This document shows, in pieces, positions 1 to 11,400 of a stretch of 64,000 nucleotides of DNA. The first letter of the stretch is position 1, and every line of letters starts with the position of its first letter. Origin of the DNA: the human T2T-CHM13v2.0 reference genome, Homo sapiens; the NCBI RefSeq assembly GCF_009914755.1, contig NC_060926.1. One strand, written 5' to 3'. A program made the translations under genes and the position numbers. The notes below the pieces were generated by a model, which was not told where the DNA came from, made no database searches, and saw only the letters and a program-made list of their open reading frames with translations.

Positions 1-292
1 CTTTTGTTCGTTGCTTTCCCCCTGGTTGGTATTTTCTTGTATGAAAAGGGAGCTACAGAGGAGGGATCACAGAACTGGAGAGAGGGGCAGCAAACATTCT
101 GAGTCTCTGAGGACCAAGGCTAGTCCATGAGAAGCTGGCCTGGGTCTGTGAAGGAGGCCTCAGGTCTCAGCTCTTAAGATTTTCTTCTGGGATTCCAAGA
201 CAGTGTCCTCTGCTGCTTCTTTCCACTGGCTGGACTCTGCCTGTCATTCAGGCAGGAGCCACCAGGTGGAGAAATGTGTAGATGACATCCTG

Positions 293-295
<3 letters not shown>

Positions 296-344
<49 letters not shown>
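296..344. repeat. (CA)n microsatellite, about 24 units
   Basis: Perfect CA run visible directly. Confidence 0.98.
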
Positions 345-350
<6 letters not shown>

Positions 351-769
351 CATTCACAACAAACATTGTACATTTATGAAAGTTAGTTACCATTAATTCT
401 CTCCCGGCCTTTGTTGTCTCATCTTTAAAGTGAAAAGGTTAAAGAAAGTGTTGTGTAATGTCTGCTCTGAATTTCTAGTATTCTACAGTATTGCAGTAAT
501 AACAAGGCTTCTTTTACTTTTTAAAAACATATTGCAGGTCCTTAAGGTTTTGGGGTCATAGCCATGTTCCCCATTCCTTCCTTTCTCACAGTTTACTTGA
601 GATCTCTCTGAACATCACCTACCACTCAAAGTCAGTTTCCTCAACTTCTTTTTATTTTAAAAATGTCTCTATATTTTCACTTACCTGTTTTTCTTTTTTT
701 ATCTCTCTCTTAATTTTGGACACAAACTTTGTGTGCTTTCTTGGATTTCCTCAACTGCCTCTATTTTCT

Positions 770-1840
770 CTCGTTAGGTGCCCAGACAATTCTGAGTTTT
801 CCCTCCTTTTCCAGGCTGGATCACACCATGGGATTTGGTGTTGTGGTGAATGGGGACTGGATGATGCAATCCAGAAGCCCAGGGGGATTTGCTCACTGTT
901 GGGTAAATCTTGATTGGTGGGAAATGGAAGACTGGAGGAAGATGGTCAGATAAATCCTCCTCCTCCTTCCTGCGAATACTTTAAGGTATGATTTCTCCTT
1001 GCAAATCCTACAGAGAAGCCCAGCATGTCAAGCAAGCATGTCTCATGAGTGTCCTGCTGTATGTCTGTGATGGTTAATTTTATGTATCAACTTGACTAGA
1101 CCATGGGGTGCCCAGGTGTCTGGCTAAACATTATTTCTCAGGTGTTTCTGTGGGTGTGTTTCTGGATGAGATGTGCATTTGAATCAGCTGACTGAATAAA
1201 GTAGATTGCCCTCCCTAATGTAGAAGTGCCAATCAATTGAGGGCCTGAATAGAACAAAAAGGCAGAGGAAAAGTGAATTTGCCCTCTGTCTAACTGCTTG
1301 AGCTGGGACATCAGTCTTCTACCTTTGAACTGGAACTTACAGCATTGGAATTCCTAGTGGTCAGGCCTTTGGACTTGGACTGTAGAACTGTATTGCTGGC
1401 TTTCCCGGTTCTTCAGCTTGCAGATGGCAGATCTTGGGAATTCTCAGCTCCATAATCACATGAACTAACTCCTTATAATAAATCTGTCTCTCAATGTGTC
1501 TCTCTCTGTGCCCCTGTCCCCACTCTGTTCCTCTCTCTCTCTCCATGTATAGATATATAGGTCTGTATGTGAGAGATCTATCTCTATATCTATGTATATA
1601 TCTCTATCTCTATGTTGTATTAATTCTGTTTCTCTGGAGAACTCTGACTAATACAGCATCTTTGCAGCTTGGTGTGAAGTTGCCACTAGGATAGCAATGC
1701 GTTTCATCACAGGGCCTTCCATCTGCCTCCATTTATTCCTCACTTTCATTGTCCTGAACTTGCACCCTTCCCCCACATAAAATGTCAGCACTTCAATCCT
1801 TGCCTCAGGCTCTACTTTCTATAGGATCTAGGCCAAGACA
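770..1840 (+). mobile_element. ERVL LTR16-like solo LTR, split by a nested MLT2 (1066-1655)
   Basis: 'cagataaatcctcctcctcc' in the left part; LTR16-type 3' end 'ccttgcctcaggctctactttctataggatctaggccaagaca' ending at 1840; 5' boundary approximate. Confidence 0.7.
1066..1655 (+). mobile_element. MLT2 (MLT2B-like) ERVL solo LTR
   Basis: Starts 'tgtgatggttaattttatgtatcaacttgac', ends 'tctgtttctctggagaactctgactaataca'; internal CT/TA simple repeat after 'ataataaat' is typical of MLT2. Confidence 0.9.
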
Positions 1841-2116
1841 CCTGGCCCGGGATGACAAAGTGTCCCTCACCTTTTTAGGCCAATTATGCCACTTGAGTTC
1901 TCCTTTTAATCTTTTTCTTCCTCCTCCATATTTTATTAACCATCCTTCCATTGTTTTGAATCTTCAACTTCTCTCTCTCTCTCTCTCTCTAGATTCTTTC
2001 CTCTTAGTCGGTAAACATTCTCAAGTATGTCCATGAAAAGCAAACATTCTCTTTATTAAAAGCATTTAACTCCATCTCTTCATGAACACATTTCTCATAA
2101 AAGTGCCCTTACTGCC

Positions 2117-2559
2117 TCTATTAGTTTTCTAGGGGTGCCATAACTAAATCCCACAAATTGGGTTGCTTCAGACAACAGAAGTTCATTCTCCTGCAATCTT
2201 GGAGACCTGGCTTACAAAATCAAGATATGGCAGGGCCTTGCTCCCTCTGAAGGCTCTAGGGGAGGATACTTCTTTGTCTATTCCAGCTTTTGGTAACCCA
2301 GGAGTTCCTTGACTTGTGGCTGTATCACTTCAGCCTCCACCTCCATCTTCTGTCTTCTCTCTGAATGTCTGTGTCTTCACTTGGCACCTTTCTCTCTCTT
2401 ACGAGGACACAAGTCATACTGGCTTAAGGACCAATCCTAATGACCTCATCTTAACTTGATTACACCTGCAAAGACTTTATTTTCAAATAAGATTCTATTT
2501 CTAGGTACTGGGATGAGAATTTTGACATATTTTTGGTGTGTATGATTTAACCCATAAGA
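2117..2559 (-). mobile_element. MLT1C-like MaLR LTR
   Basis: 'tattagttttctaggggtgccataac...ggcagggccttgctccctctgaaggctctagg...gacctcatcttaacttgattacacctgcaaagac' matches the MLT1 reverse strand. Confidence 0.85.
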
Positions 2560-2599
2560 CCGCCTTAATGTCCTTACTGCTAACTAATTCCTTGGCTTT

Positions 2600-3050
2600 G
2601 TGTAGTTAGGTTTCATTCCACAGGTTTCTCCTTGTATGGTTCCCATGAAGCTCATCAATGCCAAACTCAATGGCTTTTACTCATTCCCTGTCTTTGTTAC
2701 TGTCCTGCAGTGTTTGTCATGAATGCCTTTTCCCTCCTTCCTGAAGCTCTCTACTAACCTCACATCCCGGTTACTGTGCACACCTGTGGCTCTTCCTGTC
2801 TTTCAGATTACTCCACATATGCCCTCTTCTCTGACTTTTTCTTCATTCCCCATCTCCAATTCAAGGTTCATTTTTAATGCTGGGGCCTTGGTCACATTTT
2901 CTTCTTTCAACACACTATTTTCTGGCCTCCTCCCGACCATGCATCAGTGCTCTTTTCTAAGTAGGGAACAGATATATCTCTCTGGCCTGACTGTCTCCTG
3001 AGCTCAGGGCAAGCATTGCCACCGAAGAGCCTCAAAAACAATATATCCCC
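2600..3050 (+). mobile_element. L2 fragment (degraded)
   Basis: 'atgccaaactcaatggcttttactcattccct', 'tctggcctgactgtctcctgagctcagg'; pyrimidine-rich L2-type sequence. Confidence 0.55.
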
Positions 3051-3392
3051 ATGTATCCCAAGTACAAGACATCCTCTTTACTTACACACACACACACACT
3101 CACACACCACCCCCAATCCCGTACTACCATCTAACCATTTTCTATTTTGCCTGTATCTATGTCAGTCTTTGTGACACTGCTCAGAGACTTCTACAAGTAC
3201 TTGTGGTACTTTGAATGTGGATAGGTGAGATTAATCCAGTGAATTGTGGCTTATTGCCATTATTGTGACCCAATCTTTAGATTCACCCTATTGAGGCCTA
3301 GAGAAGTTTGATCTACACTCGATTCTGTCGTCTGAGATACTCAAAGCAGCACCAGAACAAGCATACATATGCAGACAACTTAGGGGTATTTG

Positions 3393-3765
3393 TTTTGTGG
3401 ACTGCATATTTGTATACTCCCAAATGTGTAGGTTGAAACCCTAACTACCAGTGGGGTGGTATTTGGAGATGGGGCCTTTGGGAGGCTATTGGGTCATGAG
3501 GATGGAGCCCTCATGATGGGATTAGTGCCCTTATAAGATATAATATGAAACTGCTTGCTTCCTCTCATTCTCATTCTTTCTCTCTGTCTCTCTCTCTGCC
3601 ATGTGATGACACAGCAAGAAGATGGCCACCTCCAAGCCAGGAAGAGGGCCCTCACCATGCTCCTGACCATGGTTGTTCCCTTCAGCAGCATGTGAAATAG
3701 ACGTTTGTTGTTTAAGCCACCCAGTCTATAGTATTTTTGTTATAGAAGCCTGAACTGACTTGACA
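3393..3765 (+). mobile_element. MLT1A/MLT1A0 MaLR LTR
   Basis: 'ggtatttggagatggggcctttgggagg...gagccctcatgatgggattagtgcccttataaga...gtttaagccacccagtctatagtattttt...gacttgaca'. Confidence 0.9.
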
Positions 3766-5344
3766 ATTAGGTAGCTCCAGGCCTAGTTTTAGATCAAATG
3801 AGGCCTAGGGGCATCCTTGGATATCTTTTCTCTCATAGGTAAATATGTGATCTTTACATTAATTCTGCATTTTTTTCCCCAAAGCCTCTGGTAGAGAGCC
3901 TCCCAAATAGCCAGCTTCCTGTAAATGTAGCTGAATGGTGGAATTTGCCTGGCTGCTTCTCTTAGTCAGGAAGCCTGAAAAACTGGCACTAGAGGATCTG
4001 TAAATGGGAAGCTGCTGCAGCTTCCTGCAACTCGGCTCCCAGATCCTTCATTCCCTGCCTAGCCAGATAGCGTCCTAACGGTGATGTTTAGGATTCAGCA
4101 TTGAGGTCAACTCAGGAATGAGCTGCTTTGAATCCTTCATTTCATTGATGGAGGCAGATGTTCTGAGACATTAAGGAAAATTCCCATAGTCCCCCAAGGT
4201 CTTCTTATATGGCACCTGCCTTTATTTACTTTCTTTTTAGAAAAGATCGCATCATTCTTAGATGGCCATTCCTGGGATGGGCAGAGGGGGCACTCTGTGT
4301 GCCCCTTGCCTGCAGTGTGTTGGTGGGAGATACAGTCCCATGGCACATTTTCATCCTGTGACTTTCACCCACAGCTCTGTGGAAATGCTGCCTGGAAGAA
4401 AAGCATATCAGGGTACCTTTGGAGAGGTTGTCCTGGGTGGATCCTTGGGCTCTAGAGGTCTCAGCAGAGAGACGAGGGAAAGAAGGAGTGTTCAGGGGTA
4501 GTCATGTATTGGGAAATCCAAGCTTTTGTGTGGGTATCTCCTGTGTTCCTATGGAACCCAAGAATTCTCAACTATTCTCGAGGACTCTGCTTGGACCTTG
4601 TAAGGATCCATGCCTTCCTGGAGAGCTGAAAATCGGTGTCAGTCACATTTTCAACAGCTTTTATTGGGTACCTGCCTCTGCGTCTTGTATTGCCATAGCA
4701 GTTTACACACAGCAAGCCAGACCAGGAGTGAAGAATTTATGTCATTTGTTATTTTCTTTTATTTGTGAATATGTGTGGGGTTGGGAGACTGGGTGCTAGA
4801 CATGGGCTGAGGTCCAGGCTAGGCACAGGGAGCTGACAGCTGCAGGACATGCTAATTGGTCTGGGAAGGCCTTTGGAATCTAGGGAATTGGCTTTCTGAG
4901 CTGAGGCGGGGTCCAGGCAAGGAGGCAACAGGCTGCAGGAATCACAAAGGGACCGGGGACCTCCATGTACCCAATATCTAGGTCTTATCACTCGGAGAAA
5001 CATTCTCAGCTCTTGGTGACCTTGTCCTCCCTCAACACAATACTCACTGCATATGGACTCATTTGACAATTGCCACAAAGGTTTTGGCCTCAGAGGCACT
5101 TTAAGGATATAATAGTAGGAAAGGGAGGCTTGGGGAGCCAGAGAGTCACCCACACAAAGCCCCACACGTGTTCCTAGCAGAACCAGGATACACCCCCAGG
5201 CTTCCTGAGGCCACATGTCCTCCCTGTGGCTGCCTGGTCATTCCCCTTCACCTAGCAGCTGTCTTGCTCCCATGTAGAACAGCAGGGCCCAGCGGCCACC
5301 TGCACCTCGCCATTTCCTCCAGCTCTGTGCTAGAAATGATGCAA

Positions 5345-5520
5345 GCAGGAAAACCATTTGCTTGTGGACCTACTATGTGTCAGGCACCTGCTGAACAGTA
5401 GCATTTGATGCTCTCGACGGCCTTAACAGGTCGGCACTGATCTGTTGATGCTGCAGTTGAGGAGCTTTAGCTTAGAGAGGTTAAATAGCATCCTCAAAGT
5501 CACCCAGGTCATGCTCTGCT
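5345..5520 (-). mobile_element. MIR fragment
   Basis: 'cctactatgtgtcaggcac...gcttagagaggttaaatagcatcctcaaagtcacccag'. Confidence 0.7.
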
Positions 5521-5754
5521 TCTGGAGAGGCTGGGATGCAGCATGGGAGTGTGACCTCCTGAGCACGGACTGCACGGGCCGCCTCGCAGCCGGCATGGTG
5601 AGGTGAGATGAGTTGAGGTAAGCTCGCAGCTCCTTGGTGCCAGCCCTTCCACAACCAGAGTTGGGCTGCAGCAGGCTCTGCCCCAGCTTACCTGGGCAAG
5701 AGAGTGAGGACTGCACGGCTGGCGAGTGATACATGGAGAGTGTTGCCGCCAGCC

Positions 5755-5940
5755 TGACAGGCAGAAGATAAACAGCTCCCCGTTAAATCTCGCTTAATGC
5801 TGATATTTATAAATTTATTCAGCTTGTGTTTACTGAATCAAGAGAATGCCTAATAACATAACGTGCTTCATCTCACATGTTCCTACTAATGAGAATGCAA
5901 GTATTGCTTAATTTTTTTTTAACATTTCATTTGCTTTCCA
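5755..5940. promoter_or_regulatory. Candidate enhancer (AT-rich, FOX/homeodomain motif cluster)
   Basis: Non-repeat AT-rich island with ATAAACA, TGTTTAC, several TAAT cores and retained CpGs; function inferred. Confidence 0.4.
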
Positions 5941-7383
5941 CTCACTCCACCCTGTTCTGTTGTTGTTGGCTTAGAGTTTAATCTGTTGCTAAACACGGGG
6001 AAGTTTGGGCTTCTTGGGTGTTAGTGAGGAGAGAGCCAAGGTGGGTCTGGGGCAGTGGCTGGACCAAGGCCTCCAAACTGTGCCCTGTCCTACATGCAGT
6101 GCTTGGTGGACATGGAGTTGGCATACCCAAAGGATGGGCCATACTGAGGGAAAATGAAAGTCCTGGTGTCCTCTGCTGTATTTTGGGGTGGCTTCATGTA
6201 TTGGGTCAGGGTTGCAGTATTTGGGGGCTTCGGGACAAAAAATTTAGAGTAGAGCAGTGTCCTTGGCTTTGGACAGACAGGAGGATGGACAGAATGACCA
6301 AGGAAACATAAGCAACATTTGTGGGGTGTGGTATAGCTGGGTGTGAGGATGAGTGTGTGTGTGAGAGGGGTGGAGGGCTCTGTCTCTACCTTTGTTTAAT
6401 CTGCTTACTGAGTTATTGTTTTTTGTTTTTTTTTTTAAGAAAGCCTTTCCCTGGCTGCTTATCGCCCCAAGGTCAGCTGTGCTGGCTGCTGCAGGTTCAG
6501 TTCTGGGGTACCCAGGGCAGTCTTCACCAGGCAGGAGGAGCCCTCGGAGTAGGGCAGGGAGAGATGGCAAAGAGATCAGCAAAGCTCATGAGGGTGTTTG
6601 GAAATGCATTTGGTAAAGAAGTGAGGGTGGAGTGAGCTGAGATGGTCTGTGCTGGGCTTCCTTGGGTGGGGTGGGTGGGAGAGGGGAATGAGGGTGCCTG
6701 GCCTCAGAGGCCAGGTGGACAATGAGTCGAGTGGGGTTGGGGGGTACCAGGTAGAATTCTGGAGCAGGGAGGAGGAAGGCCGCGGAGAGGCTGTCCAGTG
6801 AGGCAGGACCAGGATGGGGGCACACAGGGGACGGGAGAATGGAGGGAGACTAAGTCTGATTCAGGAAAACAAAAACAGAATCTGGGACGAAGCAGTGGAG
6901 GAACTGAGACGGGGTGCAGGCCTTCCACAACCTTTCCTTCCCCATCCCACCACATCCTCTGTTTTCCCAGCTCCACATCCTCATACTCTATATCCAGCCA
7001 GCACTAATTTTCTTTTTGATGTCTTCTTTTTCTTCTCCTCTCCAACCAACCATATTGTGGGACTGAAGCATTCTTTCTAGTTCTAAAAAACATACAACCT
7101 TAAATATAAAAGTTGGGTAGAATAATTCATACTTTCGCATCAAATGTCCTGACATATCCAAACTTGCAGATAAACTATAAATGCTTTCTTATAATTCAGC
7201 TGATGGTCCACCTACCCATGCCTGTGTCCCGTCCTTGTGTGCTGGCTGGAGGAGAGACTGTGATGAGCGAGACCAGAGTTCCTGCCCTGACCCCTCAACC
7301 TTGGATGAGCTATGGGCCTCCTGGGGCCTCATGACCAAAAGATCCGCGCCTTCTAGCCCTGCTCTGGAGGGCAGCACACTGTG

Positions 7384-7611
7384 GTCTGGGTATCTTCTGC
7401 TGGGCTGGCAGAGCAGGAGGCAGACCAGGCTGCTGGAAGCGGCAGCTCTAGGGCAGTGCTCTCTGCCTTTATCTGGTTTGAGAGGCAGGACAAAGCTGTC
7501 TTCCATGGGGCCTGGCATCTTAGGAAAGGGACTCATGCCTTTTGACATTATCCAAGAAGGTGGGATAGGCCTGGGTAGGGCAAGGATGGAGGCTCCAGCC
7601 AAACACCAGAG
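7384..7611 (+). repeat. 228-bp dispersed direct repeat, copy 1
   Basis: Ungapped alignment to 9065-9292, about 15 mismatches by manual count (~93%). Confidence 0.95.
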
Positions 7612-7759
7612 GTCCAGTTTTTCTCAAGGGCAGGGAACAGATAATGTACCAAGTTTCAGTTCCGCCCATTGCTGGGTTTGTGCCCTTGATAGAGTCCTCT
7701 CCCTGTCTGGGCATCAGATTCCCTGTCTCATTAAAGGCAGATTGGCACTGAATAACTAA

Positions 7760-8830
7760 CGCAACCTTTGCAATTCCATCTATGGCCAAATTTCCACGAC
7801 CACCCGCCCAGACAAGCCTAAACCATGGTGTCTTCGCCAGCACCATCCAGACCTGCAGGGGCTGACACGGGCAGCCTCGGGAAGAAGGGCACCTTTCTTT
7901 ACCAGGATCAACATATTGGGGTCCCTCTAGTTTGCTTCTCTGAGGGTTGGGGCACAGGCAGATGTCACGGACATCAGAGGGCTTGAGAAGCAAACACCTA
8001 TTTAAGGAGTGAGTTGAGAAGCCCCAAGCGCAACCTCTGCTGCCGCCTCCTGTTTCCCGTCCCCCACCTCCCCCCCCCACCAACTCATTCAGTCCTCTCC
8101 ACGTGCAGCCTGTATCCCTATCCACGCTGATACCTCCAAGGCCTATCAGGATGGTCAGCCATCCCAGCTGCTTCTGTCCCGCTGCAGCAGCAAGAACTTC
8201 CTCTGAAAGCGCCTCTGCATGCCTCCCTCTGGGCGCAGCTCTGTTTGGGGCTCCTTCAGGGGAGGGGGACGGGGGTTCATCCCTTTCTTTTGTGCTGCCT
8301 TTCCCTCCCACTTCCGCTCCCCTCGCTGCTCCAGTGACCTTTCACCCCTCCCTTGGACGTCCCTCAAAGGCAGCTCCCGTGGTTAATAACTTCGGCTGGC
8401 AGCCCCACATAAAGCCAGGGCCGGAAATCATTGTCCCGGGGACAATGGCCGAGCAGCCCAATAATGAGGTGGCCATAGTGTTGTCTGACATCCCACGTTG
8501 CCCTGGCAAAGGGGGAGGGGCAGCGGGGCTCGCCATGCCCTCGCCTCCTGGAGTTGAATTCTTCCGCTCGCACATGGTGGTTCCTCTTTCTGAGGCAGCA
8601 CCACGCACCTGTGCCCTCCAGTGGCTGCATTTCCCTGGGACTGCATGCTGAGGGGATGTCACCCAGAGACCCCGACCCCCCTCAACACACAGCACCGTTG
8701 TTACTTTGCCTCATTTTCCTGCTCCCATGTCCCAGGGAGCCAGTCAGTACCGCATAGTAGGGCAATTGATCGGTTCTGGCTAATCCATAAGGGAGGGGAG
8801 ATCTCAGCCTGCCGCCCAATGGGGAGCATG
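7760..8830. promoter_or_regulatory. GC/CpG-enriched candidate cis-regulatory block
   Basis: Clearly more CpGs than flanks, no recognisable repeat, contains a CTCF-like motif. Confidence 0.45.
8611..8624 (-). promoter_or_regulatory. CTCF core motif CCACTGGAGGGCAC
   Basis: 13/14 match to CCASYAGRKGGCRS on the minus strand. Confidence 0.55.
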
Positions 8831-8965
8831 TGGCACTCTGGAAAGAGCATGTGCTCTAGAGCCAGAGGGCATGGGTTCAAGGTCTCCCTTCTACCTTTCT
8901 AGCTGTGTGACTTTGGGGAAGCTGCTTGACTTCTCTGAGTCTCCACTTACTAATCTATAAAAGCA
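8825..8965 (+). mobile_element. MIR
   Basis: 'aagagcatgtgctctagagccaga...gggttcaa...tagctgtgtgactttggggaagctgcttgacttctctgagtctc'. Confidence 0.8.
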
Positions 8966-9064
8966 GAAGTCGGATGGGAGCTGAGAGGAGGACTCTCACA
9001 AGCAACCTCAGAGGTGAATAACTGTGACCTCCAAGAAGTCACCATGTCCTTGCCACTCTGGTGG

Positions 9065-9292
9065 GTCTGGGCATCTTCTGCTGGGCTGGCAGAGTAGGAG
9101 GCAGACCAGGCTGCTGGAAGCAGCAGCTCCAGGGCAGTGCTCTCTGCCTTTATCTGGTTTGAGAAGCAGGATGTAGCTGTCTTCCATGGGGCCTGCCATA
9201 ATATGAAAGGGACTCATGCCTTTTGACATTATCCAAGATGCTGGGATAGGCCTGGGTAGGGCGAGGATGGAGGCTCCAGCCAAACACCAGAG
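9065..9292 (+). repeat. 228-bp dispersed direct repeat, copy 2
   Basis: Aligns to 7384-7611; offset 1681 bp. Confidence 0.95.
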
Positions 9293-9525
9293 ACTCAAAC
9301 TCTTTGTGAGAGTGGCCCTGCCTCAGTAGTAACTTCATGCTTTTTGGGTAGGTCCAGCCTTGTATATTCCAAACCAGACCATCAGTGACTGAGAGACGTA
9401 GTGTGTTTCCTGCTTTCCTCTCTCTCTCCACCTTTTGCCCTCTGCACAATGCTGGGCACTCGGAAAGATCCCAATGCAGCGGTATGGTAAGGATTGACTG
9501 CTAACATCTGCAAGAGGCATTCAAG

Positions 9526-10012
9526 CAGTTCTCAGCCCTGCTGCCCATTGGAATTTCCTGGAGAGGCTTAAAAGATACCCAGAAATTTTGCCCTAATTGG
9601 TATAGGCTGTGGCATCAGGTAAAGAAACATTTATTTATATCCTTAGAAAATGAGCCAACTCAGACTTATTCCTGAGCACAGCCCCTTCCTTGGGGGAGAA
9701 ATACAGTATATTTCAAGGCAGTCTTGATATTCTTAAATATAGTATTCTTTATTACAGCCTTATTCTAAGTAATGATTTAAGTTTAGGGATAGTTTTTTTT
9801 AAATTAATTTTATTGAGGCATAGTTTGCACATACTACAATATCCCCATTGAAAGGGTACAGTTCATGAGTTTCGACAAATGTATACATTTATGTAACCAC
9901 CACCCCGGTGAAGATGTAGAATAATCCACCATCCCAGAAAGTTCTCTTGTGGGCGTGGGATTTTCGAAGCTCTCCAGGCGATTCTATGGTGCAGCGGACT
10001 CTGAGCATCATG
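9526..10012. mobile_element. MER5A/MER5A1-like hAT element split by a ~330-bp insertion (about 9620-9950)
   Basis: Left half 'cagttctcagccctg...cccagaaattttgccctaattggtataggctgtggc'; right half 'gggattttcgaagctctccaggcgattctatggtgcagc...tgagcatcatgg'. Confidence 0.65.
9793..9950 (-). mobile_element. L1M (L1MB-like) 3' end fragment
   Basis: 'ttttattgaggcatagttt...gggtacagttcatgagtttcgacaaatgtataca...gtaaccaccacc...catcccagaaagttctcttgtg'. Confidence 0.85.
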
Positions 10013-10062
10013 GAGGCTCACTCAACAATCTCTGCTTTAGAATCTCAGAGAGGTTGTCCAGG

Positions 10063-10176
10063 ACAGCACTTCTCACACTTTAGCATGCATCTCCTTGGAT
10101 CTGGCTGAATGCCCATTCCATCCCAGAGTGGGGCCCGGAACCCTGCATTCCTAACAAGCCCAAACCACACTTTGAG
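10063..10176. mobile_element. MER5A-like fragment
   Basis: 'cagcacttctcacactttagcatgcatc...gggcccggaaccctgcattcctaacaagccc...ccacactttgag'. Confidence 0.65.
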
Positions 10177-11134
10177 GCTCTGCTACAAGTCTCTCATTTT
10201 GGAGGTGAAGGAAACGGAGGCTGAGAGTGTTGATGTGAGTGGCTTGCAAATCCTGATTCTGAAGCTCCTGGACTAATGACAATCATATCCCTTGCCCTTC
10301 AATCTCTTTTTCGACAGCCACCCTAACCCAGAATCCTAAACAAGAGGCGTAGCCATGATAGGATCTCTCTCCTATTTCCCTTCTGAGTGTTGTCCATTGC
10401 TTCTAGCCTATTCCCATCTTTCTTGTCCTGACCCAAGTCACCTTCCTGGGGAAGGGCCCCCTCCTCTGCCTGTTTCTGTACCAGCACCTACCTTTTCCCT
10501 ATCAACAGCTCGCTTTCCTGGTTCATTCCATTCCTTAATATGTATCAACTCAATTTAATAAGCAAGTGTTTATTTAGCAATAGAACTGGGTCAGACCCTA
10601 TCGTGCCCTTGAGGAGGAAGGCAAACTAGAAGCTGTGATTAAGTTAACAGATAAGACAAATAAATAACAGGATATATAAGGTGAGGAGAGACCTTAGTGA
10701 CTGCCCAGCTCAGTTCCTCATTTTATAAGTAATGTTTAAGAGCAATGACCCACTCCTACTTTCAGCAAAGAGGTGCACATAGCATAGACCCATAGAAGAG
10801 GAAGGATCTGAGAAGGAGTTTGAAAAAAGTGTAGGAGAGGCTGCGAGAAAACAAGGCAGGTGTCCTGGCTGAGGGCAGGAAGGAGACATTGCGATGGAAA
10901 TTGTGCCCCATTTTCTTGGAGGATTGGGAAGAGGACCTGTGGACTGGGCGGCCCACACAACTGCTGTAACCTCAGGCAGTTTTCAAGCAGATTGACCTTC
11001 CTGCTGGAACACGGCACATGAGGTGAAGTTCTCCTCTACCCAGGTCTGTCCTTAGCACCTTATGCAGGGTTTAACCCCCATGGGCATAAACAGGGTGTGT
11101 ATCTGGGGTGGTTTGGGGATTAGGTCCCATGAGC

Positions 11135-11400
11135 ACTGGGACCTGAAGATGCTTGGTCTAGAGAAGGGACGGTGTTTGGTCTGGGAAACATGGGGGTCAT
11201 GTTTAATATTATATAGACAGTCACATGGGATATTTAATTAGCAATGTGGAATTTAGAGAGAGGCAGGTTTCACTTCACCTTTGGGAAGTACTAGGTTCTA
11301 ACACACCTCCCTCGCCTGGAAAGAGATTGAACTACCACAGATTGAATCCCTTGGGAGGAAGGAATTTCAGTCCCTGAATGTGGACAGCTGAGGCTGGATG
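11135..11400 (+). mobile_element. L3/CR1 fragment
   Basis: 'ctgaagatgcttggtctagagaagggacgg', 'gagaggcaggtttcacttcac'. Confidence 0.45.

Noticed and set aside
259-272. Other CTCF-like motifs (about 259, 4280, 7361, 36620, 60338)
   Set aside because: Partial matches that occur often by chance
3130-3390. Possible retroviral internal or coding remnant
   Set aside because: The frames I translated by hand showed stops and no recognisable motif; could not be assigned
7181-8651. Long ORFs (192, 263 and 182 aa) in the GC-rich block
   Set aside because: They overlap on both strands, mostly lack a convincing start, and show no recognisable domain; expected by chance in GC-rich DNA
7384-9292. Direct repeats read as the LTRs of a small retroelement
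   Set aside because: No TG...CA termini, TSD, primer-binding site, polypurine tract or polyA signal
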